Shown piece after piece: positions 40,501 through 53,056 of a stretch of 64,000 bases of DNA (position 1 is the first letter of the stretch; each line of letters opens with the position of its first letter). This DNA is from Styela clava (taxonomy: Eukaryota). A program made the position numbers and the translations under genes. The notes under the pieces were generated by a model. It saw only the letters and a program-made list of their open reading frames with translations. It did no database searches and was not told the DNA's origin. The stretch lies in contig NC_135255.1 in the NCBI RefSeq assembly GCF_964204865.1, positions 14,756,001 through 14,820,000 on the forward strand, read 5' to 3'.

Positions 40501-43500
40501 TCCGAAAAATACAGTTGTATCTCGAAAAATGTGTTTTGTTACATTTAAAATAAAACATTTTTGCGATTAATTTAGATCATATTTTGCTTTTCACGACCCC
40601 CGTTTCCGAAAATACAAGGTTATATCGCGAAAATGTGTTTTGTTACATTTAAAATAAAACATTTTTGCGATTAATTTAGATCATATTTTACTTTTCAGGA
40701 CACCCGTTTTCGAAAATACAAGGTTATATCGCAAAATGTGTTTTGTTACATTTAAAATAAAACATTTTTGCAATTAATTTAGATCATATTTTGCTCTTCA
40801 CGACACCCGTTTTCGAAAATACAAGGTTATATCGCGAAAATGTGTTTTGTTACATTTAAAATAAAACATTTTTGCGATTAATTTAGATCATATTTTACTT
40901 TTCAGGACACCCGTTTTCGAAAATACAAGGTTATATCGCAAAATGTGTTTTGTTACATTTAAAATAAAACATTTTTGCAATTAATTTAGATCAAATTTTA
41001 CCTTTCACGGCAACCCGTTTCCGAAAATACAAAGTTATATCACAAAAAATGCGTTTTGTTACATTTATTTTGCATTCCCAATAAAATACATATTTTCCCT
41101 AATTAAGGTCGTCGATGAATCTGTTCCTGTCGTTCAAGCTCGACACACGTTTGGACGAGTGTGGGGCGGTTTTTTGGTCGACGATAAATTAAAAAGTTGC
41201 CACATGTTATTTGTATAACGATAATAACTGAAAATTAAGATTTCATAATAGAAGTTAATTTGTCTCAAGATGGTATTTTACGATTCCTGCCCACAGAAAA
41301 TAAACACGCTGACAGGCTTGGTTATAATTGATATTCGTTTAATTTATTTTACACTATTAATTAATAAACGCGCCACACCAATTGCGACCATATAAATTGC
41401 AGTCGCATCGGTATGGACTGTATGTTTTTGGCGCTCTCACATTAATAATAATTTTCAACAAAACAATACCCCGACGGTCATTAAAGCTGAATTCGTTACC
41501 GAATAATTCGCAATTTTATTTACGGAATTTGCAATTTCAAGATCTCACTTGACGATTTTGATGATGTCATGCCCTAATTATTACTGCTTAAATGCCTCAA
41601 AATACAACAAATGTAATCATTTTCGACGATAACAGGCGCAACAATTCGTAAACGAGCCGTTATAACGAAATTCGCGATTGATTTTACCTCTCTCTTGTTT
41701 ACAATTTTAACATCCCGCCGGTCATGTATGGTCGAATAAAATGTTCACATATTCGAAACATGACTTGGCCAAGGATGGAAGGGATCACTAAAGAGCTAAT
41801 AGAAAGTACATACGCGAGGGTATGATATTGATATCGAGAATATTTGTGAGCATATCACAGGACGGAAATATTTTGCACCCGGCTGTTTATTGGCAGAACA
41901 ACGATACGCTAAAGTTAATTGATCGAATACAGGGAAGTATTGTCTTCATGTTGTCTTTCTTAAATAATAACTTTTTCAATAAATGTTCATTTTACTTTTG
42001 CGTCTTTATTATATGTCTGGTTTTCATTTATTTTAAATTCGAAATTGTCCGAAATACTCCAACAGGTGTATAGGTACAATAATAATAGTACTTACCAAAG
42101 TACCTACCAGGGAAGTTTAATACACACGATGTGTAAAGGGCGTCGTAACTCCCGTTTATTAATTATAAATTTTTTTACATTCTGCTTAAAAAACAACGGC
42201 AGTCATCTCACGTAACTCTCGCGATCAAATCTTTTTCGTTTTGTATGGCATCGTCTTGGCGACGAATTTATTGCCGACTGAATTTTAATTGTGTTTTAGG
42301 TTAGTTAATTTCTGTTTGTTGGTTTCTAAACTTTACAAACTTGGGTAGCAATTACTATTAATGTGAGATTTGTGCATATGAACGATTGAATATCGCGACT
42401 GGATGTCCGATATCTGAGAATGCGTAATTCTCTTTCAACATTAATTTTCAGAATATCAGCGTTCATGTGGTCGAATAAAAATTATTTATCAAATGGATTG
42501 GTATTTCGAGACACTCTCAAAATTAGTTGGGATCCATTATCCTATCATTCGTTTATTTTTTAATATTCATGTTTTTCTCAAGAATCACCCTCGTTATATT
42601 TAGTGTACCTTCGCAAAAGAAAACTCTTTGATGTCATCGTTCCTATTAGTGTAATTGAAATATATGGAAACCTCGCAAGTGGCGTTGTGATGCGAATATT
42701 TGATACTAGGTCAGCAACATTACAAAGAGTGCTATTTATGAATGCTGAAAGTACATGACATTACTAAACATTTTGCCAATATATGATGTTTTCTGCCCGA
42801 TTTAAACTAACTCGCACGCAAACCAAGGCACGTGGACATTTAAAAATTACTTGTCTTTGGGTAAGCTCTGAAATAGTATAATATAAATGTAAATGAGAAA
42901 TTAGGTCACGCTAGCTCACGAAACGGGAGGATTTTCAAAGTGATCTTGTGTAATATTTCGGAGAAAAAGTTTGAAAAGAAAGTAGGTCAACATATCTCCT
43001 AAAACAGGGGAGTATCCTGCATAATATTTCGGAGGGAACGTAGGTTAACCTATCTTTTAAAACAGCGGGTGGCGACTTTCAAAGTGGTTCAAAATCACAA
43101 ATTAATAATTATCATATTAGGTTTAGGGATGAATCGAAAAGTTGAATTTCCAGCGCACCTAACCCTAATTAGTTGATTGCTATTTATATTTGGGGGGGGG
43201 GGGGGGATTATTTTGCACCGGATTTGTACAAACGATCCACCCTGTAACTAATATGGTTTCCAGTCGGCCTGGTGTCTGTTAGATGGAAGGAGTAACAAAT
43301 GTGAAAGTCTTTGCTGTTTACGCGAATAAGCAACTGACACCGTGATACATTGCATGAAAGTTTTGTCCGCTGCAGGTGTTAGCAGATGTCATTTCGTTGC
43401 CGATGAATTGGCTTGTTTTAATTAAACATGAATTCGCTTAAAGGGAACTCGTTAACGAAAAGGCTTCTCTTTAATTCATAATATTAACCGGAGGAGCGCT

Positions 43501-45657
43501 TTTTCGAGTATCTATGCCGTTTTAAATGGGTTATATGAAAGGCTAGGGCCCCTAACTTGTTAAAATGGGCAAAAGCACTTTCGCACTTTTTTTTTGGACT
43601 GCGAAGCACTTTCGCACTCATAATTTGCTTAGAGTTAACACTGTTGCCTACCCAATTTATCTCACACTGGATGAGATGACAGGCTTTGAACTCGAGATTT
43701 GTAACCTGCAGTGTCAATATAGTTCATCTAACGCTGTAATCAGTAGGCCATCCCGCTTGCATATTATATGTGCTAAATCAAATACCATAAGATTTTAATT
43801 CCAATACTAACAGCTCTTGTGATAAAAAGTAAATATGTCTTGATGATCATTTTTAGTATGAAGAAGAATTTCCGTTAGAGAACTGTTGTATAATCGTCGA
43901 TGCCGGGTATTCATTCACACACATTGTTCCTTATCATGCAGGAAAGAAAATTACAAGTGCACTTTGCAGGTATACCAGGTTTTTAGCAATTTTAGGATAG
44001 AAGAAGTCATTTTTTTTTTGTTGCTCCAATAAAAAGGGATTAAATTGTGCATGCAGCATTTAGATTCTAGCTATCCTTACTGTGATATGTCAAAAACCAA
44101 TTGAGTAATTGATTTCATGAGGGGAAACCTGGCCACCTCACGGAGAGAAGAATGGATGTCTTGTATAATCTCTAGCAACTATTGTTGTTTGGTTAACTAC
44201 AAAATCACCAATATTAACAGTACTCTGAAAACTAAATCTGTTTTTTTTTTTTACCTAGTAAAATTGTGTGTTGGTTTTAATTTCTCTTATTTCAAAAAAA
44301 AAACGAGTCGGAAAATATTACTTAAATTCATAGAAAAAAAAACATTAAAATGATATGTTTCTATTTGCAGAATTGATGTTGGTGGGAAATTACTGACAAA
44401 TCATTTGAAAGAAATAATTTCATATCGACAATTACAAGTTATGGATGAAACCTATGTAATGAACCAGGTAATTTATTGTTGAACTAAAAGTTCTTGACAA
44501 ATTCATCCCTCATCGGTTGGTGCACTACGTTTAGGTTGTTTGCCATTGCAATTCTTCACCCTACCTACGTGGATTCAATCCCTCAACTACTCGTATTTAT
44601 AGCATCCTCCCCATAAGTACATGCAACTGATATGATTAATTGGTCAACTTTACCCAATCGGGGGAGGAAATACAGTTTAATTTTAAAAACATCATACCTA
44701 ACAAAAAAATTACAGGTGAAAGAAGACTCATGTCATATAAGTATGGATTTTTTTAAAGATATGGAAAAATCAAAACTAAAGGGAGATGCAAATCCATTGC
44801 TTTGTGAATATGTACTTCCTGATTATACGCATATCCACAGAGGATTTATAAAAGTAAGTCTTACAGCAAAGTCGCCAATATCGTCGGTGAAATTGTGTCA
44901 AACAGCAATGTTGAATACCTTTCAGAAAAAGGGAGCAGGTAGTGAAAAAAGTAGCAAAACTCAAGAGCAGACCATCAGATTAGCAGGCGAAAGAATATCT
45001 GTACCAGAGGTGCTGTTCCATCCATCCGACATTGGCATACCTCAAATGGGAATTCCTGAAGCAATCGTCCACAGCATTGAAAAATGTCCTGAAGGTAGGT
45101 ATAATGTAAAATGAATGGACATGACTGAACGAAACAGGAGGGCTGTACAGTCTTTTTATTCCTGTCTGTGTCAATATTTTATGATCTTTTCTCGATGTTA
45201 CAGAACTTCGTCCACACATGTATAGAAATATAGTTTTAACGGGAGGAAGCTGCAACTTTAAAAATTCCAAGGAGAGAGTTGAAAGAGAAGTCAGAAGTTT
45301 GACACCGTCACTGTATAAAGTCAGAGTTACAATGTCAGACAGGTGGGTGATTTAATAATTTTTGGAACAGAAGAATTGTACTACATCACTAACTTCAGAT
45401 GCCCCCATTAACCGAAATGTGAGACTTTTTGTGTGTCACAGAATTTTATTTGAATGAACAATATATATTCTAAAAAATAAATACAAAATGTATCGGCTGA
45501 TTTTGATCCATTTACCATCCACAGACCTCAAGAGTATGCATGTGCAGGAGGGCTGGCATGGTCAACAGCAGATCATTTTCGAGAACATCTTCTTACATTA
45601 GAAGAATATCAGGAGGCCGGTCAGAGTGCTTGTCAACGACAGTTCATTGACATCTGA
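37545..45657 (+). CDS. ACTR6: Actin-related protein 6 (SWR1/SRCAP subunit), 398 aa, 9 exons
   Basis: Exons 37545-37618, 37851-38037, 38396-38542, 43857-43969, 44371-44467, 44716-44853, 44926-45094, 45204-45342 and 45525-45657 (1197 nt). Motifs [82 protein letters not shown]. Confidence 0.97.
38631..43643. mobile_element. 5.0-kb non-autonomous hAT-type element in ACTR6 intron 3
   Basis: Perfect 8-bp TSD ttgcctac (38623-38630 and 43644-43651); TIRs cagtgttcact / agttaacactg; subterminal gcactttcgca repeats at both ends; no transposase ORF seen. Confidence 0.92.
40386..41066. repeat. ~104-bp tandem array (about 6.5 units) with a ~207-bp higher-order dimer
   Basis: Units start at about 40386, 40493, 40597, 40701, 40804, 40908 and 41012. 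Units 3 and 5 share cgcgaaaa/gcgatt/cagga; units 4 and 6 share cgcaaaa/gcaatt. Confidence 0.93.
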
Positions 45658-45736
45658 GAGGTAGGAGTCATCCTTTCACATTGAGATGAAATCGTCTTTC
45701 AAATGGTTCAACCGTTGGTTGGTTGTCTTCTTGCTG

Positions 45737-48700
45737 TCATGATAAGAAATCGACAACTTCTTCAAGTTCTCGTTGCCTTGCTTCACCATGGGCCCATCGA
45801 TCTTCTGCCAACCTTGGACTTATATTCCATTTATCGTGATAGATACGGAGACCACAGGTTGGACACATTTTGCCATCTGTTGAATGCAACAAACCAAAAC
45901 TGGTTAATAAATACTATTTGGTAATCAGATAAAAAAAATGAATAGCTAAAAGCTAAAATTATTTAAAAAATAAATGTGAATTCCAGGTTAAACATGACCT
46001 AATTTAGAATTTATTCTTTCATAATAGAATATAAACAATTATACAATTCTGACCAGTCACTGTTCATTACTCACTTTCAAATGGAGGTGTTTTCATGTAG
46101 GCATCCATACATCCGTGGTGATACAAATGGCCACAATACACTCTTTCTATGTATTTATCATCTTTTCCATCCTTGATAATATCCTAAATGAATTTAAACT
46201 ATCAATTACTGAGTGAGAGTGTACAATCTATCATAAGGGAGGTTGTTACGGTAGTAAACCTAAATTGTTCACCATATCATAATAATCCAATGGGAACCTC
46301 ACAGAAAATTTTTAATAGCCTCGGTTAAATATACAAGCTAACATAAATTGACTCACGGCTGGATTCTCTGGTAATGATTGTTTGCCACACATTGGACAAC
46401 ATTCCTGCGGAAATCTTTTACAGCATTTCTTTATTAAAAATTCCATTGTTTTTTTTAAATGAGGTTCTGCTTTGAAAGGGAGAGCTCTAGAAACACAAGA
46501 GAAAAATACTATAAAAATTCAACAGTAATTTCAGTTTTTCTTCACTCTTTACATTATAAAAGAATATGATTTTCCTCAGAAAAAAAGATAATGGATTATT
46601 CTCTGTTTGATAAGGTTATATTTCATTGAGAGGTGCTGTTTTTATTTATTTCCATAATACTACCTCGTCCAAGCATCCTTGTAGCAAAGAAAAAGTACAG
46701 CTCTAAATTTAAAAGTAAACAAGGAGAAAGAACCCCAGTAGAGAATAGGACCGCGTATTTTGGAGCATTGCATCCATGAAATTAAAATATATGAATGTTT
46801 CCTTTATTGACTTTATTCATTCTTTCAAAGGGTATTTTATCACTCTATAACCTAAAAGTTTGAGGCGCTGGAATAAATTTTCTGAAAATACTAGATCTTG
46901 TGTAAAAGTAGTTAAGTAGCTCTGCCCTAGGACATACTTAGGATTTTTCTTCAATGGAGGCTCAGTTGCCTGACGAGCATATTCTTTCGCTTGTGATATG
47001 AAATAGTAAACCATAGGACCAGGAAAATTATGATCTTCTATGCTTAGTTTAACTGGTTCTTCTGGATAATTGTTGGGTATTGTTGCTTGAATCTATGAAG
47101 AATATTTGAGTTACACTAACTGTTATTCTGCGTTGTTCGAATTAAACTAGCAATGACAATGCAATATGTTTTTAATAACTGTGCTTTAAAAATAAATATT
47201 ATATTGTGTTGCGTGTTAATTATATCCCCAAATTAGCTGAAACGTTATGGCTGGTATTGGTCTCTGTTAAAGAGAAATTTTGATACCGATCAATACTACC
47301 TTCAAAAAATAGTTTCCTTGCGTAGCTTTTACTTGTATCATTCCTTTCTTCTGTTTAACTTTATCCGAATCACATTCCTAAACACAGAAAATACATGTGA
47401 GATATGGAGACCATATTTTTTTAGGGGTTAGTATATTTGCCTGACACTTCGCTTTAGTGTAAAGACTGGTTTTCTGATCCTTAGATTATCAAGAGTGCGT
47501 AGCACAATATGTTATAATGTATGGTTCTTCAAACTGGGGGTTGTGGTAAAATCCTGTTTGATACTAACATATGGTGAAACAAAATTATTTTTATTTAATC
47601 ACATAATCTTTGAGTACAATTTTTTCTCTTGGAAGTTAATGAAGCCGTCATTTGATTGTTACACTTTTAGTCACACAGACGGTTGAGAAAAGTATAACAT
47701 AAATTCAAGAAGGGCTTAATATTCACCTCCAAAATATTTTTCTTTATTGATGCCCATTCCTCTCTGCATGGGAGCAATGGATTGTCATCAAGAAATTGTT
47801 GTAGAAATTTCAAAATTAATATTATCTGAAACATGAAGGAATATTGAAATTTTAAAATAAATTGGAGTGTACGAAGACATTGCTACAAAACATAACACAG
47901 AGGAGTTGCCCACACATCATACTACGAGTACACTTCTCTAATCGAATGAATCATTACATTTGTTTATATAAACTGAATGTTGAAAAAAAATCTATGAAAC
48001 AGGAGAAAAATCGATCAGGCTTGAATAAACTCAAAGCTTTTATTGGTTTCGGTCAAAAATTTCAAGCACAATGCCCAACTCTGGAAACTTCAAAACTGTG
48101 CCCACAGGTCTTACGAATATACTGAACACAAAATATCAATCGAATACCGCAAAACAAACCTGTTTTCTTCCAATATGTTTCTTTGCTTCTTTATCACAAA
48201 TTGAGGTAATCATGTTCACCAGAGAAGGAGAGAAAACTTTGCTTTTTACTTCAATGAGAATCGGTTCGTTTGGATAGTCAGCTGGAAACTGTAGGCATGC
48301 TGTCAATTGTTTGTATTTTGTTTTTCTGAGAAATACAAGAGACAAATAATTAAGGGATATAGGTATAGGATTAATTATGTAAAAGTGGATCACATTATCA
48401 CTGTCATATGGTTTTTATGATCATCACTACAATTTGATCAAGGTTACTCCCTGTACCACCAAGCTTGGAATAAAGAATTGGTTAAATATTTTTCCCCTAT
48501 ACTGTGCAAGAACTGGAACAGATTATTGGCACAAATCCTCGAAATTTTTTAGGTAAAAAAATAGAAGCTGCTACTGTGATTTACATATTTATCTGGAGCT
48601 AGGATAATATCAGTATGAAAATCTATCAAACAAGCACTTGTTGTTTACTCACATGAGTTTTACACTGACAAGATTTTTATGACAAGAGATTAATTCGCTT

Positions 48701-48762
48701 CCAGGAACTTTAATTTGAAGAATTTTCTTGATTTCTTCCAATTCTTGATGGATTAAATCCAT
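45737..48762 (-). CDS. Uncharacterised tandem-RWD + RING-H2 protein (putative E3 ligase), 328 aa, 8 exons
   Basis: Exons 48762-48653, 48325-48160, 47825-47727, 47377-47300, 47092-46938, 46486-46357, 46183-46075 and 45876-45737 (987 nt). Two RWD YPxxxP-like turns (FPADYPNEP, IPNNYPEEP). RING-H2 CPMC...CGHLYHHGC...CPTC. C-terminus RWAHGEARQRELEEVVDFLS*. Confidence 0.88.
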
Positions 48763-49466
48763 ATCGGTACCTACTAGTAGTACTTTGGCTGAATTGATCG
48801 ATGGCTACTCTTCAATACAGAATGTCAGTTCATGAAAGTCCAGATCAGCAACAAATTTTGGAGATTAAAATCAGAATACAGTCAACCTTCCAACTAAATG
48901 TGGAACACCAGCAGATCCCCCTTCAGTGTTAAATAATCGAACACAATATCGACACCTACTGCCTAATTTAAGATAATCTAATAAGACACAAGGTGGCGTG
49001 AGGCGTCAGGTAATTTAACCACCCCAAAAAATAATTTAATAATCTGATTGGTGACGCAACAACACAAAAGAAAAATACGTAACTAAAGTCTCCGGTCTTT
49101 ATTTGAACTTAGACTTCAAAAAGTGCTGGTGGTATGTGCTCTTACGCCTTACGGCAGAGTTTCCCAAACTGTTTGAGACTGTTTTTTTTTACGGACCCTC
49201 ATCCTATGTCGTCTTTTGACAAAATGAAACTCATGGCAATCGTAATTAATTTCGTTTCATGCCCCTTTCTTGCGGCAACGGTAACGGGCTCAATTGACCT
49301 TAGCACTTTAGCAGGCGCACAAGGTATTGATTGACTGGTGATAACTCAGTAACCCATACAATCAATTATTACGACGATGTAGCTCTGTAACGATGTTCCA
49401 CCTCACAGACGCTAGAGGAAAGAATCGTTCTGAAACACTTTTTCAATCCCATTGTTTCGCAACATT

Positions 49467-50880
49467 CACTACGTTTACATGTACACGATAATCGTTTCGG
49501 CAAAAAACGTTCCCAAATCGTATTTCGGACAATCGAACGCCATAATTTGTCTCGAGTTTACATGGACACCATTGAATTTCGATCCGGTTAAAAATATCCC
49601 GCGCGTTCAGACTATCGTATTTGACATGAGATTTCGTTACCAGTTTTACGTTTTACTCCTTCTTTTGAATTCCTCGGAACAAACCGGATACAACTTTATA
49701 ATTTTTATATATGTAAACATTTAACCAAGATATTGAAGGTTTTAAGTAGTCATCTTCATAACTTTAAATGCTATTTTTTAAGAAAAACATAAAAACGTTA
49801 TATTTTATTTTGGTAAGTTGTTAATGTTCTTAATCTGGCATACCACTTCAGGTATCTACTTCTGCACCACGTTCCTTGAAACACCGGTAACTGCTTACAG
49901 CATAGGGCGTTGAATTTGTATTTAAAATTCTATGCAGACATTCATTGAAAAGCAATTGTTACGGTAACGTTTCTGCACTTCATAGTTAATAATTATACAA
50001 GAAAGTACTGTAAATGGTTATTTGCTACTGAATGGAACAAAAAAGAAGAACATGGATTTGTCTCAGGTGAAGGATTTAAAATATTTATTTTTTGATGTTT
50101 ATTGGATGAGTTTATGATATTTATTCAAAATACCAAAAGGATACTTGATGTTTTTATGATTTCGCTACTGCATATACCGTGTATTCTATAACAGTATAAG
50201 GCATTTTCGTGGTGGACGAATCATCATCCATAAGATCTTGCCATGGAGGTGATATGTTTGCTCACAGCAGCAGGAGATATTGACCATCATCATATTGTTA
50301 TTTTCAGGTTCTGCCCACTTTGATTACGATTCGAATGATGCAATTAATAATGCTGTTTCTGATGAATGAAAGATTTAAGCTATGTCAGGTTATGCTGAGG
50401 CGTAGCCGGCTCAATTTTTTGAAAAAAGTTTATTGTATTTGTACACCTACGAAGAAAAGACGTCGAAAGCGAAGATTTTGGAAAAAGACACGAACTTCAG
50501 AATGGTGGGATAGAATCGTAAATCAGCATTTTGGCAATGAAGATTGGATAGAAAATTTCCGGGTAAATTTACAGATTTACCTCTTTTAAGACTTTTTAAG
50601 GAAATTTTATATGTACTTAATTTTATCAAATCCAAGTTATAAATGAACTGATGTGAATTTTTTAAAATAAGAAAATTTTGTTTTTAAGGTATCCTGGAGT
50701 ACATTTCAATACATTGTGGAACAAGTCCGACCCTTTATGTCACCAAAACAGAACTGGGTTAGACCGCCTTTGCCAGTGGAAAAAAGGGTTGCTGTGGCTT
50801 TATACAAACTCGCTAGTTGCTGTGAATACAGGGTGGTTGCAAATATATTCGGGATTGCAAAACGACGTGACGAGACGTGA
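49467..50880 (+). mobile_element. Truncated PIF/Harbinger element with a spliced transposase N-terminus
   Basis: RRFWKKTRTSEWWDRIVNQHFGNEDWIENFR, then intron 50563-50688, then VSWSTFQYIVEQV...PLPVEKRVAVALYKLASCCEYRVVANIFGIAK. This is the HARBI1-like N-terminal HTH region; it stops before the DDE core. The left end ctacgtttacatg is Harbinger-like. Confidence 0.8.
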
Positions 50881-50903
50881 CGAGTTGCAATAACGTGAAC
50901 TTA

Positions 50904-51237
50904 GGCGCGGCGGTGTGGCTCAACGAGCTAAGCGTTAGGAATACGCTCGCCACCGCAACCTCTAGTTACTCTGCATGGGTTCGCAGGTTCGAATCCCATG
51001 CAGGGATGGTTATGTGCGAGAGGATTGCTGGACTCCTCGTTGGGTGGTTCACGTAGCCGCTGGTCGGTTACGGCTTCATTCACCACCAAGTCCATGCTTC
51101 CGAAAACAAACAATATATATAACTAATCCCATACCCGACTTGGAATGGTAACCGGACGAGAGGCCGTGGTTCGCCATATGGATAAGCCGTCTTATCGGCT
51201 TTCCTCTCCCCCGGGATAAATAACTAAATCCTATCCT
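50904..51237 (+). mobile_element. tRNA-derived SINE, apparently full length
   Basis: A-box-like tggctcaacgag and B-box ggttcgaatcc; 3' tail aaatcctatcct; a second partial copy lies at 22928-23069. Confidence 0.85.
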
Positions 51238-51624
51238 TATGACTTTATCTTATATACGAATGATTATGTGACAGTGTATCTACGTTGAAATATATATGTT
51301 TCAGACTCTTTTCATGTTGTTGCGGACCCCCTGTGCAGTCGTCGCGGACCCCAGTTTGAAAGACGCTGTTCTACGGCCAATTAAAAAATACTGGTATATA
51401 TCAATAACAATTGAGAACACGACAAAATTTTCGCATACTTTCGAAATGACCGACTGTCAACGCCAGACGTCATGGAAACAATATTTTGAACATTCGATAT
51501 AGAAAATATTCCAATATTCTTTGAGTCTTCGGAAAGCTTTTGTTTCTTCCTTGTGCAAATTGGTGGCGTGATTCCTGCTTTAAGCCACCCAACGACTAAC
51601 CTACCACCCAAGCATAGTTTAGCG

Positions 51625-52413
51625 CAGGTGTGTGCAACCTTTAATACAGGCGGGTCAGATACAAATAACTGGGTGAAACCGCGGGTTGCACATTTATCAA
51701 AACATATGTTTTCTAGTATGAAGAATACACAAAGATTCGAGTTATTGTCTTATGACATGGGCTTTTCGCTTCGCACGAGCTAGCTGTTAGGACATTGTGG
51801 CGCCATAGGTATAGATAACAAGAGAGCTACGCACAAATATATGGACACGTTAGACCAGAGCGAATCAGTCCTTACCGGTACCTTTGACGCTACCGGTACC
51901 CTCAAAAAAGTTCTGAATCTCCAGTAGCAAGAATTTTGCAGAATCAAAACGTACAACCAGTCATGACACTGACTAAAATCCGTGTTCCCATGGATAAAAA
52001 ATAATACAGCAAAATTTTAGACGAAATATCAATTTTCATAGAATTCACGCAAAATTTTGAAATAAATAAAAGTAATAGCCTTCTGGCGAAAAAATTAATC
52101 TTTAACCACTGAAAATTTCAAAGCAATTGGTCCAGTATTCGAAGAGAAAAGCGACTTTTTAAAAACGCGTCAGAGAACAAGAACAACAACAACAACAACA
52201 TAATATTGAAACGATCGTTATGTCCACTACGTGTCCAATAATAAGTTGGACTAAGGTAGCGACGGGATTGGAATTACTCGCAAGTCGCAATGCAGATTTG
52301 GGAAAATTCGTTTCGTGGGCCTCACACCATTCCAGATTGGCACTTCTCAGTGGGCCGCACAAATTTCCTTTGCTGATCGCATTTGGCCCGCGTGCGCAGG
52401 TTGCACACCCCTG
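51625..52413. mobile_element. hAT MITE with a nested HINE-like element
   Basis: TIRs caggtgtgtgcaacct / aggttgcacacccctg; perfect TSD gtttagcg (51617-51624 and 52414-52421). Confidence 0.9.
51817..52240 (-). mobile_element. HINE-like element
   Basis: aacaagagagctacg...atatggacacg ... (caa)n ... cgtgtccaata. Confidence 0.8.
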
Positions 52414-52789
52414 GTTTAGCGGATAGCAGCATCGTGCAAATTCCTGCTTAAACGGTTCAATCTTGAACTCCATGAGAAATGATTACGTGCGAGAGAATTT
52501 TCGGACTCCTAGGAAGTCCATTTATGCCCTCCCCGACGTCCCCGTACCTATTTCCGTACTCATAAATTCAATCCATTCAAAGATTTGTCGTACTATTTTT
52601 GTCGACACCTATACAATTTTTTTCATATCATATATGCAGAAAAAATCTCATATTATATATTCTACTTCCCCGGGCATATGCATATTGCCCATAATCCATA
52701 AAATACAATTGAATAATCATTTTACCCATCCGATATATGTAACTGTTTGATATCTTATCCAACAGACTATGGCATTTACGACATTTCTT

Positions 52790-53056
52790 ATTGGACACGT
52801 AGTGGACATAACGATCGTTTCAATATTATGTTGTTGTTGTTCTTGTTATCCTTGTTGTTGTTCTTGTTCTTTGACACGTTTTTAAAAAGTCGCTTTTCTC
52901 TTCGAATACTGGACCAATTGCTTTGAAATTTTCAGTGGTTGAAGATAAAATTTTTCTCCAGAAGGCTATTACTTTTTTTTTTCGCTACGACGTCATCAAA
53001 ATTATTGCCATTGGGTGGCGCTACGTGTCCATATATTTGAGCATAGCTCTCTTGTT
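52790..53056 (+). mobile_element. HINE-like element, inverted relative to the copy at 51817
   Basis: tt|attggacacgt ... (ttg)n ... acgtgtcca, then 3' hairpin gagcatagctc and tcttgtt. Confidence 0.8.

Larger units (their letters stand above)
49155..51368. mobile_element. hAT-like MITE shell enclosing a Harbinger remnant and a SINE
   Basis: Ends cagagtttcccaaactg / cagtttgaaagacgctg with cggaccc motifs; degenerate TSD ccttacgg / ttctacgg. Confidence 0.5.

Noticed and set aside
40386-41066. Possible CRISPR-like array
   Set aside because: The units are contiguous near-identical repeats with no unique spacers, there are no cas genes, and the context is a eukaryotic intron.
50904-51004. Possible tRNA gene
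   Set aside because: A and B boxes are present, but I could not fold a convincing cloverleaf and there is no poly-T terminator. It continues into a body repeated at 22928-23069, so it is a SINE head.
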